A stretch of 55,583 nt of DNA from Oscillospiraceae bacterium (GCA_017848075.1 JAGALG010000125.1:1-55583); one strand, 5' to 3'; shown: positions 20,019 to 29,654, numbered from the stretch's first letter. Numbers and translations are program-made. Notes: generated from the letters alone by a model not told the origin.

Positions 20019-21233
20019 TTAAATCTGGATTAGGCTGGCGTTGGAGATGCGTTCCTGACTATACAGAATAATATGGTCGCCTTCCATCAGCATCAGGTCA
20101 CCTTTCGGCACCAGCATGGTTCCATTGCGTTTGACCATAACGATGATCGTCTGACGGGAAATGTCCAAATCACGGATCAGCTGACCATTCCATGGATTTT
20201 GTTTTCTCAGAATGATCTCCTTCAGGTCGATATGCTTATCGTCTTTCAGCGCTTCTGCGCCAAGAATGAGGGTATCATTATTTTTCAATACAACATCGCC
20301 GCGAGGAACGATATTTTCCCGTCCACGCCGAATCATAGCAACAATAACACCGTGCGGAAGACCCAGATCCATAATGGCTTTTCCAACCCAGCTATCTTTC
20401 TTTTTCAGATTGACCTTGATAAAATGGATGTCCTCTTCATAAGCATATTCGCTGATGCGCTTAAAGCGGGAGTACTGATCAACGAAACCTGCAGAGATAA
20501 TACCGGTCGGGATCGCAACCATGCCGACGCCCAAAAAGGTAATGAAAATACTGAAAATCTTACCGAGCGTCGTAATTGGATAGATATCTCCGTAACCAAC
20601 AGTCAGCAAAGTAGAGACAGACCACCAAATACCTGAGAAGGCATTGGAGAAGACCTCAGGTTGGGCTTCGTGCTCCAGACTGTACATACACAAGCTGGAG
20701 CTCAGCATCAAAACCAAAATGATGAAAACAGAAGATAAGAGCTGCTGCCGTTTGCTTGTGATGACCTCTGTAATAACATTCAGAGAGTCGTAATAGGCAT
20801 TGATCTGGAACAAACGGAAAATTCGGATGACCCGGAACATACGGAAGACAGCAGCACCAGATGGGAAGAAAACAGGCAGATAATAGGGAAGAAACGATAG
20901 AAGGTCAATAATACCGGTGAAGGAAAAGACATACTTCTTGATCGCCTTCTGCTCAGACAAGCCCGGATACAGAAAAACGGCTGACAGCAAGCGAAGAATA
21001 TAATCCAGTGCAAAGAAGGCCACTGTGACAGCTTCCAGGAACAGCAGGACCTTACCATAACGCAGTTCCATCTCATCAAAGGTGTATAGTATGGTGACAG
21101 CCACATTGACCAACAGGATCAGCGTGCTGACAATATCGTAAGAACGGCTGATCCAATCATCGGATACGCCAACCTCGATGATTTGGGAAAGACGGCGTCG
21201 TCTTTGCAGCCAGACTTTTTTATTGATCTTCAT
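20019..21233 (-). CDS. Voltage-gated-type K+ channel (6TM) with two C-terminal TrkA-C/RCK_C domains
   Basis: S4-like FRMFRVIRIFRLFQ, selectivity filter TVGYGD, two repeats W.G..I.DL.....I....R.....VP.GD..L...D. Confidence 0.88.
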   Translation of the reverse strand: MKINKKVWLQRRRRLSQIIEVGVSDDWISRSYDIVSTLILLVNVAVTILYTFDEMELRYGKVLLFLEAVTVAFFALDYILRLLSAVFLYPGLSEQKAIKKYVFSFTGIIDLLSFLPYYLPVFFPSGAAVFRMFRVIRIFRLFQINAYYDSLNVITEVITSKRQQLLSSVFIILVLMLSSSLCMYSLEHEAQPEVFSNAFSGIWWSVSTLLTVGYGDIYPITTLGKIFSIFITFLGVGMVAIPTGIISAGFVDQYSRFKRISEYAYEEDIHFIKVNLKKKDSWVGKAIMDLGLPHGVIVAMIRRGRENIVPRGDVVLKNNDTLILGAEALKDDKHIDLKEIILRKQNPWNGQLIRDLDISRQTIIVMVKRNGTMLVPKGDLMLMEGDHIILYSQERISNASLIQI

Positions 21234-21400
21234 CGAATCACTCCTGTACAATGAATTGATAACTTTATCATAGCAGACAAAATCAGGAATGTAAATGAAA
21301 GAACCTGCGTCTTAAAGATAAAAAATGTTATATTTTTGAAATGAAGCGGATACAGTTGGACAAAGAGAAGAGGAGCAGCTATTAGCTGCTCCTCTTTCTT

Positions 21401-21973
21401 TTACAGTATTTCGGCATCTTGAAACTCGCGGAAATCACGGATCAATTTTCCGTCAAAATCAATAATATAGTGCCAGCCCAGAAAGTCTCGGCAGTGGATC
21501 AGTCCATCTTCGATCCAGAAATGCTTATCCGTATTGCAAGAAACAAGAATATCACGCCCTGAAAAATTCCAAATTCTATTTAGTGCAGAGTCATAGCGGA
21601 AAATGTCCCCTTCTCCCCGGATAATATATCCGTCTTTTATTGGATGAATCTCGTGAAGTCCTCCCATGTTGTCACATTTTTCGTATTGAGACACCAAACT
21701 GGTTGCAAGGTTGATTCTTACGATGGAATCAAACAGAATCACTGTTAAAAAGTTGTCCTCAAGAACAGCATAGGGTTTATACTCAGCACATAACAGATCG
21801 ACCAGCGCAATCGATCTGGATATCCCATCAAAGGAGCATACCCTGAAAATGCGAGCCATATAAAAGTCTTCGGTTTTTGCATTGGATAGATTGTAGACGA
21901 TGTCAAATTGAGAAAGTGACGGCATTGTTTCCACTGAGGCGGTAATGGTATAATGCTGATTTTGTAAATGCAT
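21401..21973 (-). CDS. Hypothetical protein (beta-rich)
   Basis: 190-aa ORF with GAGGTG RBS and downstream terminator (about 21366-21400); no motif I can assign. Confidence 0.7.
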   Translation of the reverse strand: MHLQNQHYTITASVETMPSLSQFDIVYNLSNAKTEDFYMARIFRVCSFDGISRSIALVDLLCAEYKPYAVLEDNFLTVILFDSIVRINLATSLVSQYEKCDNMGGLHEIHPIKDGYIIRGEGDIFRYDSALNRIWNFSGRDILVSCNTDKHFWIEDGLIHCRDFLGWHYIIDFDGKLIRDFREFQDAEIL

Positions 21974-22042
21974 AGCCTTGTCACCTCAATACCGAATCAT
22001 TTGAAGATACAAAAAAAGGTAGATCCAATAAGGATCTACCTG

Positions 22043-22119
22043 TGGTCGGAGTAGCGGGATTCGAACCCACGGCCTCTTGGACCCGAACCAAGCGCGCTAC
22101 CAAACTGCGCTATACCCCG
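22043..22119 (-). tRNA. tRNA-Pro (anticodon CGG)
   Basis: CGGGGTATAGCGCAGTTTGGTAGCGCG, anticodon arm CTTGG-TTCGGGT-CCAAG, TTCGAAT T-loop, encoded CCA. Confidence 0.96.
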
Positions 22120-22175
22120 AAAAATTATTTTTAGATAGTCAAAATCCCAATCACTAAGGATTGGGATTTTGATGG

Positions 22176-22249
22176 TGGCTGCCCGACTAGGATTTGAACC
22201 CAGACAAACAGAGTCAGAGTCTGTCGTGCTACCCTTACACAATCGGGCA
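22176..22249 (-). tRNA. tRNA-Gln (anticodon CTG)
   Basis: TGCCCGA acceptor, anticodon arm ACAGA-CTCTGAC-TCTGT, TTCAAAT T-loop, encoded CCA. Confidence 0.96.
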
Positions 22250-22282
22250 TTATGTTTTGTGTTGACCGAATCAACGAGTATT

Positions 22283-22310
22283 ATTATATCGCATTTTTTA
22301 AAAATGTCAA
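22283..22310 (-). promoter_or_regulatory. SigA promoter of the tRNA-Gln/tRNA-Pro pair
   Basis: Consensus TTGACA-N16-TATAAT with AT-rich upstream element. Confidence 0.8.
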
Positions 22311-22471
22311 CACCTTTTTTAGAAAAAAATAAAAGTTTTTTTCTGATATTCCTCTTGCAAATCTATACGGATTTGGTATAATATTATTGGAAAACAAATT
22401 TCACACAATACACTGTTTTATTGATGGGAATGTGATATAATACAGTTACCAAGCATAAGGAGGCTTTTTAA

Positions 22472-22786
22472 ATGTCCGTTGCACATCTGAACAAAGAAAC
22501 TTTTGAAGAAATGATCGCTCAGGGTATCTCCATGATCGATTTTTGGGCCGAATGGTGTATGCCATGCCAGGCATTGCTGCCAGTTATCGAAGAACTGGGA
22601 CAGCAGCTGGAAGGCTCTGTAAAAGTAGGCAAAGTGAACTGCGATGAAAACCGTGAACTGGTAAAAGAGTTCCGTGTGATGAGTATTCCAACCGTTATCT
22701 TCTTTAAAGATGGTGAGGAAGTTGACCGCATCGTAGGTGGTATGCCAAAGGCAAAATATCTGGAACGCCTTGAAACACTGAAATAA
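22472..22786 (+). CDS. trxA: Thioredoxin
   Basis: DFWAEWCMPC active site, SIPT cis-Pro loop, FKDG; AAGGAGG RBS. Confidence 0.92.
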   Translation: MSVAHLNKETFEEMIAQGISMIDFWAEWCMPCQALLPVIEELGQQLEGSVKVGKVNCDENRELVKEFRVMSIPTVIFFKDGEEVDRIVGGMPKAKYLERLETLK

Positions 22787-22884
22787 GAAAGAAAGCTCCG
22801 ATCAACAATCGGAGCTTTTCCTTTTGTCAGGATATCAGCGGAAAATCTGCCCATACTAAAACTGTAATGAGGTGAAATGGGCCG

Positions 22885-23364
22885 ATGCTGGAAGTAATGT
22901 TATTTGGCGAAGAAACAGAAAAAAGGTGCAGCAGGATCTTGAAAGAGCGGATGCCAGGCTGTTTGGCAGCCGGACGGAACAGCGCAAAGCTGCCATGCCG
23001 TATTCGGGAGCGCATTTCCCGAAGAGATGAGTTTATTTTGCTGCGGCGTTCTGAGCCGGAGGAATATTGGTGTGTATTCGATGCGAAGCAGGATGCAGTG
23101 ATCCGAATGGCAGAGCGAAATCATTTACGGACTTTGACCTGTGGATTTTCTCCCTATGATACATTAGTGTTGTCCAGTGTATCCTTGGATCAGGCTGTTG
23201 TTAGTTTGCAGCGGGAGATTCATACGGTTTCCAATCGATTGCTGGAACCGGGAGACTATCTGATCCATCGCCCTGCGCTTGCCAGTGATTCAGCAGTACT
23301 GCTCTGTACGGCGACACTGTTATTGGCAGACTGGGCAAGAGAGGATCATATCTTTCATTTTTAA
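22885..23364 (+). CDS. Hypothetical protein, possibly sporulation-related
   Basis: GAGGTG RBS; GGATA-N17-CATACTA SigG-like promoter at 22830-22858; lies upstream of a SASP gene. Confidence 0.65.
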   Translation: MLEVMLFGEETEKRCSRILKERMPGCLAAGRNSAKLPCRIRERISRRDEFILLRRSEPEEYWCVFDAKQDAVIRMAERNHLRTLTCGFSPYDTLVLSSVSLDQAVVSLQREIHTVSNRLLEPGDYLIHRPALASDSAVLLCTATLLLADWAREDHIFHF

Positions 23365-23481
23365 ATACAGAAAACTGGTGGGATCTCCCTTTGATATTCC
23401 TGTTCAGAGGGATCATACTATTACTGCAAACACCGAAGGTATTCAATTTCTTGATAAAATTCATTTAAAGGAGAATCCCTT

Positions 23482-23679
23482 ATGAGAAGCAATAATAGAA
23501 TCGTCGTACCAGAAGCAAAAGCCGCAATGAACAAATTTAAAATGGAAGCAGCCAACGAAGTTGGCGTAGATCTGAAACAGGGTTATAACGGTCACCTGAC
23601 CTCCCGTGAAGCAGGTTCTGTTGGCGGCCAGATGGTTAAGAAAATGATCGAAGCCTACGAAAACAAAATCAAAGAATAG
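23482..23679 (+). CDS. Alpha/beta-type small acid-soluble spore protein
   Basis: VPEAKAAMNKFKMEAANEVGV and LTSREAGSVGGQMVKKMI signatures; CATACTA -10 at 23414-23420. Confidence 0.96.
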   Translation: MRSNNRIVVPEAKAAMNKFKMEAANEVGVDLKQGYNGHLTSREAGSVGGQMVKKMIEAYENKIKE

Positions 23680-23723
23680 TGAAAAACAAAAAAGGCAGTC
23701 CGTACGGACTGCCTTTTTACTGT

Positions 23724-24320
23724 TTAATTGGCTGCGGCGCTGATTCCAAAGGAATCGACCATATCTGGAAGGGTACCCTGAAAGACCAATTCTTTCTGGG
23801 GCAGATAGATAAAATCCTTCGGTACATAGAGGGAAGGATCCTTTTTCAGCTGCACGGCACGAGCTTCCCGCAGTACCTCGGCAACGAACTGAGAACAGAA
23901 ATAACGGTTCTTCCATTTATGAGGGATCTGCAGCATAACCATCAGAACCCCAAGTTTCGAGTACTGTAAGTTGGGTTTTCGTTCAACAAAAGATTGAAGA
24001 ATGGCTTGGATTCGCTCATAAGCATCCTCGGACACGGGTATCTCATACAACTGACAGGGAAGAGGTTTCCAATCCGGACGAATATAACGGGTCAGCTTTT
24101 CCACACGGAAACCGGTGTTGGCAAAGCTGTAAAAGGTGTTCTTATCTTCCTCCATCAAACCGATCGATGCATGGGTATAACGAAATCGGGTCCATAAGGA
24201 GAAGGTCTGAGGACCAGGACCGGGAAAACGGAGCAGGAGAATAGAAATCTTTTTCTGTACTTTTTTCTGGAGCTTATCCTGCAGCTGATCCAGTGCGGAA
24301 CGGGGATCAATATGGTTCAT
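23724..24320 (-). CDS. Permuted papain-like (YiiX/YebB, NlpC/P60-related) hydrolase
   Basis: N-terminal YTHASIG His motif and C-terminal YFCSQFV Cys motif in permuted order. Confidence 0.7.
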   Translation of the reverse strand: MNHIDPRSALDQLQDKLQKKVQKKISILLLRFPGPGPQTFSLWTRFRYTHASIGLMEEDKNTFYSFANTGFRVEKLTRYIRPDWKPLPCQLYEIPVSEDAYERIQAILQSFVERKPNLQYSKLGVLMVMLQIPHKWKNRYFCSQFVAEVLREARAVQLKKDPSLYVPKDFIYLPQKELVFQGTLPDMVDSFGISAAAN

Positions 24321-24540
24321 CGGAGTTCATCCTTTCCGTCGACACAGATTTTATGTAACGATTGTAACACATGATAGCCTCGTTTGTAAAGCAACAAATT
24401 CCCAATTTGTGTAGGAATATTTTATGAGAAGAAAGGACTTTCTCTGAGAAATTTGTAAATAAATTGCGAAGATCATTGACAAGGGTCGTTTTTTAAGGGT
24501 ACACTGATGATACTGTTATGAACGGAAAGGAAAACGATCC

Positions 24541-25593
24541 ATGAAATATAAAAAATTTATAGCTCTCTTGCTGGTGGTTTGTCTGCTGCTGAATTTGTGT
24601 GGCTGCAAACCGCAAGAGGAGGAAGTGCCAGAGGAACCGGTAGATCCAAACTTCCCAATTACTTTGGAAATCGAAAATGACAGCGTTACGATTCACGAAG
24701 CCCCAACCAGTATTGTATCCCTGTCTCCGGCTATTACGGTGCTGTTTGATGAGCTGGGACTGGATGATTTGCTGGACGGTGTCAGCTCCTATGCACCGGC
24801 AGAAGTTGCAGCAAAAAAAGACTGCGGTACTGCTCAGAATGTGCAGCTGGAAACAGTAAAAGAGATCAGCCCGGATCTGTTATTTACAGATACTCCTTTG
24901 CTGACAGAGCAGTTGACCCAGCTGCAGCAGATGGGAATGGAAGTGCTTCTGCTTCCTCGCCCGGAATCCGCGGAGGAGATTGTGGAACGGGCTGAATTGA
25001 TCCTGCTTGCGGTCTATGGCAAGGAAGAAGGCGGCGCCAAGGCAATCGAATTCCGGAAAGCCTGGGAAGAACAGTGGAAGCCTTTGGAAGATGCAGGAAT
25101 TGCTGTTGTAGAAGAAGAGAAAAAATCTGTTCTGCTTCTGGCGGATCTGGATCTGGTTGCAACGGGAGACAGCTGGGAGGGTCAGCTGCTGAAGCTGATG
25201 GGTATGAACAATCTGTCAGACGAAGGCAAGGATTGGCAGCTGCCACAGGCCCAAACGGATGAAGCTGGTACGGTTACTTATTTGTACGACGATGTCGTTG
25301 TGGAATGGAATCCGGATGTGATCTTCTACAACAGTCAGTTGGATGTGGAAACCATCAAAGCCAGTGAGCTGTATTCGAACAGTTCTGCCGTGGGAAATGT
25401 TGCTCTGTACCCAGTGGATTGGGGAACTCTGCAGCTGCAAAATGGTGAACTGCCGGAAATGCTGGGCAGTATGGTGGAACAGGTATACCCGGATGTCTGG
25501 GAACTGATTCAGGATGCCATTGAAGAAGCAAAAGCGGCCGAGGAGGCAGCTGCTCAGGAAGAAGCAGAGAACGAAGAAGAAAAGGAAGAATAA
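24541..25593 (+). CDS. ABC substrate-binding lipoprotein (iron-siderophore/cobalamin class III), orphan
   Basis: Lipobox LCGC; P.SIVSLSPAIT..L..LG, ISPDL, WNPDVI; acidic C-terminal tail. Confidence 0.8.
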   Translation: MKYKKFIALLLVVCLLLNLCGCKPQEEEVPEEPVDPNFPITLEIENDSVTIHEAPTSIVSLSPAITVLFDELGLDDLLDGVSSYAPAEVAAKKDCGTAQNVQLETVKEISPDLLFTDTPLLTEQLTQLQQMGMEVLLLPRPESAEEIVERAELILLAVYGKEEGGAKAIEFRKAWEEQWKPLEDAGIAVVEEEKKSVLLLADLDLVATGDSWEGQLLKLMGMNNLSDEGKDWQLPQAQTDEAGTVTYLYDDVVVEWNPDVIFYNSQLDVETIKASELYSNSSAVGNVALYPVDWGTLQLQNGELPEMLGSMVEQVYPDVWELIQDAIEEAKAAEEAAAQEEAENEEEKEE

Positions 25594-25772
25594 GCAGAAG
25601 GCTGTACCAATCGTACAGCCTTCTTTCTTTTGCAGGAAAACGGAGCATATTTATGAAAATTAGAAGGAGATTTCCAGGGAGCTGCAGCGCCTGGGTCAAA
25701 AATTTGGCTAATCTGTACAGAGCAACCCCCTGAATTTTTACTGCTTCCTTGTTCAAATTCTTCGAATAATCC

Positions 25773-25801
25773 TTGCAAAAGAGAAGGGTATTTATTATAA
25801 T
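25773..25801 (+). promoter_or_regulatory. SigA promoter of the EF-G paralog
   Basis: TTGCAA-N17-TATAAT. Confidence 0.7.
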
Positions 25802-25929
25802 TGAATAGTGATCGAAAAAAATGATGGCTGAAATTTTATGATTTTGACATATCTGATTCGATGATATACGGCTGCAGACCCGCAGCCACCGTGCCGATTC
25901 CGGCATAATTTCGAAAGGGGCGATTTTCT

Positions 25930-28002
25930 ATGAAACAATATCTTGCAGGAAGGATCCGTAATGTGGTACTGGCAGGTCATTCTGACTCCGGTAAAACTTC
26001 TCTGGCTGAGGCAATGCTCTACAAAACCGGCGCAACTGAGCGTCTGGGTAAAGTAGCAGAGGGCAATACCGTTTGCGACCATGATCCGGAATCCATTAAG
26101 AGAAAGGCTTCCGTGTCTTCCTCCGTGGCACCATTCGCATGGGGCTCCACCAAAATCAACCTGCTGGATACCCCTGGTTTGTTCGACTTTGAAGCAGGCC
26201 TGTACGAGGGTATCCGTCCTGCAGAATCCGTTCTGATTGCAGTATCCGGTAAAGACGGTGTTTCCGTTGGTACCGAAAAAGCTTACGCTTTGGCTAAAAA
26301 ACAGCAGAAAGCTACCATGTTCTTCGTATCCAAACTGGATGTAGAACATAGCGATTTCTATAAAGTTCTGGAAGGCCTGAAAGGCCAGTTCGGTCCATCT
26401 GTCTGCCCAATCGTTGTTCCTTACAGCGAAAATGAGCAGGTACAGTGCTACATCAACCTGATTGACCAGAAAGCATACAAATATGACGAAAAAGGCGAAC
26501 CTTCTGAAGTGGCTATGCCTGATATGGGCCACCGTCTGGAAGGTCTGCAGGCTGCAATCTCTGAAGCAGTTGCAGAAGCTGACGAAGAACTGTTCGAGAA
26601 ATACTTCTCCGGTGAACAGTTCACCCGTGATGAAATCATCAAAGGTGTACGCAACGGCGTAAACAACGGCGCAATTTCTCCTGTCCTCTGTGGCTCCAAC
26701 GCTACTCTGGAAGGTATCGATATGGTTATGGACGCAATCGTTGACCTGCTCCCATCTCCATGGGAAAAAGGCAGCGAGATCGCTGAGGATGCAAACGGTG
26801 AAATGGTAGAAGTAAAATGCACCGACGAAGCTCCTCTGGCTGCATATGTGTTCAAAACCGTTGCTGACCCATTCGTAGGCAAACTTTCTTACGTGAAAGT
26901 TGTTTCCGGTAAACTGGGCGCAGACTCCAATCCAATCAACATGCGTACCGGTCAGCCAGAGCGTCTGGGCAAAATCGTTTACATGCGCGGCAAAAAACAG
27001 GAAGACACCGCTTACATCACTGCTGGTGATATCGGCGCTGTAACCAAACTGGCTACCGCTCTCAGCGGCGACTCTCTCTGCGATCCTAAATTCCAAGTTC
27101 GTTTCGAGCAGACCGCTATGCCAGCTCCATGCTACTCCAAAGCAATCAAATCCAAAGATAAAGCAGACGAATCCAAGATTGCTGCTGCAATCCAGAGAGT
27201 TCTGGAAGAGGACCCAACTGTTTCCTACGAAAATAATGTGGAAACCAGACAGCAGCTCCTCTCCGGTCTGGGCGATCAGCATCTGGAAGTTGTTCTGTCC
27301 AAACTGAAAAATAAATTCGGCGTAGAAGTTACTCTGGATCAGCCTCGCGTTGCTTACCGTGAGACCATCCGTAAAAAAGTAAAAGTTCAGGGCCGTCATA
27401 AGAAACAGTCCGGTGGTCATGGTCAGTTCGGTGATGTTTGGATCGAATTCGAGCCAACCGTAGGCGACTTCGTATTCGAAGAAAAAGTATTCGGTGGCGC
27501 AGTTCCTAAGAACTTCTTCCCAGCAGTTGAAAAAGGTCTGCAGGAAGCAATCAAAAAAGGTACTCTGGCAGGCTACCCAGTAGTTGGTCTGAAAGCTAAT
27601 CTGGTTGACGGTTCCTACCATCCGGTATACACCTCTTAAATGGCCTTCAAGATGGCTGCTTCCATCGCATTTAAAGCTGGTATTCCAGACGCATCCCCTG
27701 TTCTGCTGGAGCCAATCTGCAGCCTGAGCGCTTACATTCCAGACTCCAACACCGGTGATATCATCGGCGAGCTGAACAAACGCCGCGGTAGAGTTCTGGG
27801 TATGAACCCAACCAACGATGGCCTGCAGGAAATCGTTGCTGATGTTCCACAGAGCGAAATGTCTGACTTCGCTACCGCTATGAGATCCATTTCTCAGGGT
27901 CGTGGTTACTTCACTATGGAATTCGCACGCTACGAACAGGTTCCATCTCATCTGGAAGCTAAAATCGTTGAAGAAGCTGCTAAGCTGAACAATGAAGACT
28001 AA
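25930..28002 (+). pseudogene. fusA: Elongation factor G paralog (EF-G2 type) interrupted by an in-frame TAA at 27637-27639 (likely assembly error or very recent lesion)
   Basis: GHSDSGKTS, DTPG, VAYRETI, KKQSGGHGQFG; ORFs 25930-27639 and 27640-28002 are in the same frame and join at GSYHPVYTS*MAFK where EF-G has GSYHxVDSSEMAFK. Confidence 0.9.
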
Positions 28003-28133
28003 TTGAAACAACAAAGCGCCCTCAAAAGAGGGCGCTTTTTCTATGATATCATAGGTTAGTAAAAGGCAGACCGTTCGGTCTGCCTTTTTGTATATCCTTT
28101 CTTTCACAAGTTCCACAGGACATAGTGGAAAAC

Positions 28134-29462
28134 TTAAAACAGTTCCGGCGGGGCCAAAGGCTGCCCCATGCGTTCCAAGAGAGTAATGTACCATGCTGCC
28201 TGCAGTTCTTCCGGGAAGGACGGTACGAAAAGCAGCAAGTTCTTTGGAGAGTCCTCCTGCAGGAAAAGCAGCTGGAGCTGTTCATACAGATAAACGCAGA
28301 TGTACATGCGGTCGTGCTCTTTTAGTTCCTCGATAATTTTCGGAATGGAGCTCCAGCCCTGTAGAGAAAGATCAGCCTCTTGACGAACTTCATGGAATTC
28401 ACGAAGGATTGTTTCATGGAAACGGGAGAATGTCTGTATCTCTGTGGGGTCCACATGGAAAATCTCACCGGCATGTTCTGCCATTCGAAGGAAAATCTGT
28501 CCGATGCTAACTTGTTCTTCCGGAATATCCAAAGACTCAAAGTGTTTCAGTATACTGCGGTAAAGAGAGGATTCCAATGTGTTGACTAAGGGTAAATGAT
28601 GAAGCCGTGCCTGTGCCATGGTATTGATCAATACAGTCAACAGCTGCGGAACAGTGTTTTTGCAGTCCTCTGGCAGGAAGGCGTAGCTCCAGCCATAGTA
28701 GCGGCCAAAGACCTTCATGGTGTCCAGATAACCCAAGGCTATATTACGGCGCGCGTAGGTTTTATCGAACAGGATAAAGGGCCCAAGATTCCACTGAGAA
28801 CGGATCAAGGTCAGTTTATCCGGATCGATTTTCGGTTTACGGATAATTCCCATAGACTGAAGATCTACGGCGATGATTTCCTCGGCGCCCATGCGTTGAG
28901 CCAGATTCATCGGAAGATTATCGTGATAGCCACCGTCGATATAACGAGTGCCATTGATTTCTTTCACCTTAAAAGCGGGGAAGCATGCCGAAGAAGCCAG
29001 CAGATAATCACAGACCTGACCTTCCGGGATCTGTTCCTTGGTCAGTTCCACCGCTTTCAGCAGAGGGTACTCTACCGTGACCAAAGCGTAGTCAACAGGG
29101 GAGGAGCGGAAGCGTTTTTCATCCAACAGGCTGCGGATCTTGTTTTCCAGAGGAGTAATGTCGCAGCCTCCCTGTTCCAGTACATCCAGTACAAAATTGC
29201 GCCAGACCGTTGGCGTATCCATGTCGCTTAAATCGTCATCGCTGAGAATATCAGTCATCACATCTTTGGAGGAGATGTTTTCCCACAGTTTTATGGCAGC
29301 ATCATAGTCCCCCTGTACCATCAGTGCGCCATTCAGGGCGCCCACAGAGGAGCCGGTGACAATATCAAAGTTGATGCCCAGTTCACGCAGGGCTTTCCAT
29401 ACACCGATCTGATAGGCACCTCGCGAGCCGCCGCCAGCCAAAACCAAAGCTCGTTTTCCCAT
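28134..29462 (-). CDS. Patatin-like phospholipase family protein
   Basis: GGGSRG oxyanion motif, GSSVG nucleophile, ASSA, DGG. Confidence 0.92.
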   Translation of the reverse strand: MGKRALVLAGGGSRGAYQIGVWKALRELGINFDIVTGSSVGALNGALMVQGDYDAAIKLWENISSKDVMTDILSDDDLSDMDTPTVWRNFVLDVLEQGGCDITPLENKIRSLLDEKRFRSSPVDYALVTVEYPLLKAVELTKEQIPEGQVCDYLLASSACFPAFKVKEINGTRYIDGGYHDNLPMNLAQRMGAEEIIAVDLQSMGIIRKPKIDPDKLTLIRSQWNLGPFILFDKTYARRNIALGYLDTMKVFGRYYGWSYAFLPEDCKNTVPQLLTVLINTMAQARLHHLPLVNTLESSLYRSILKHFESLDIPEEQVSIGQIFLRMAEHAGEIFHVDPTEIQTFSRFHETILREFHEVRQEADLSLQGWSSIPKIIEELKEHDRMYICVYLYEQLQLLFLQEDSPKNLLLFVPSFPEELQAAWYITLLERMGQPLAPPELF

Positions 29463-29560
29463 AACTATTCCTCCTTTTCCAAGGTTTCTATTCTGATTTT
29501 ATCATAGCATGGTAAGTCTGGAAAGAAAATGAATAAATTTTTAATTCATAATGAATTGTA

Positions 29561-29618
29561 TTGACAGTGTTTTTTCTGTATGCTATATTGAAACTGTACT
29601 AAGCGAACTAATACAGTT
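29561..29618 (+). promoter_or_regulatory. SigA promoter plus YtrA-type operator
   Basis: TTGACA-N17-TATATT (TG-extended), then AACTGTA-N13-TACAGTT at 29592-29618, the TGTA-N13-TACA geometry known for YtrA-subfamily GntR boxes. Confidence 0.8.
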
Positions 29619-29654
29619 AATACGATATATCATACGGTGAAAGGAGGAGTTGCA

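Noticed and set aside
19500-22119. Genomic island integrated at the tRNA-Pro 3' end
   Set aside because: Accessory-looking genes lie downstream, but I found no integrase and no duplicated tRNA 3' end.
24334-24361. TTATGTAAC resembling the XerD arm of a dif site
   Set aside because: No XerC-like arm at the required 6-nt spacing.
25653-25800. 48-codon ORF MKIRRRFPGSCSAW... with a GGAG upstream
   Set aside because: It starts just after a terminator, runs through the promoter of the EF-G paralog and has no recognisable composition or motif; probably chance.
27637-27639. Programmed stop-codon recoding (Sec/Pyl or alternative genetic code) in the EF-G paralog
   Set aside because: The codon is TAA, which terminates many genes in this window, and it is accompanied by two other non-conservative changes, pointing to a local lesion or error.
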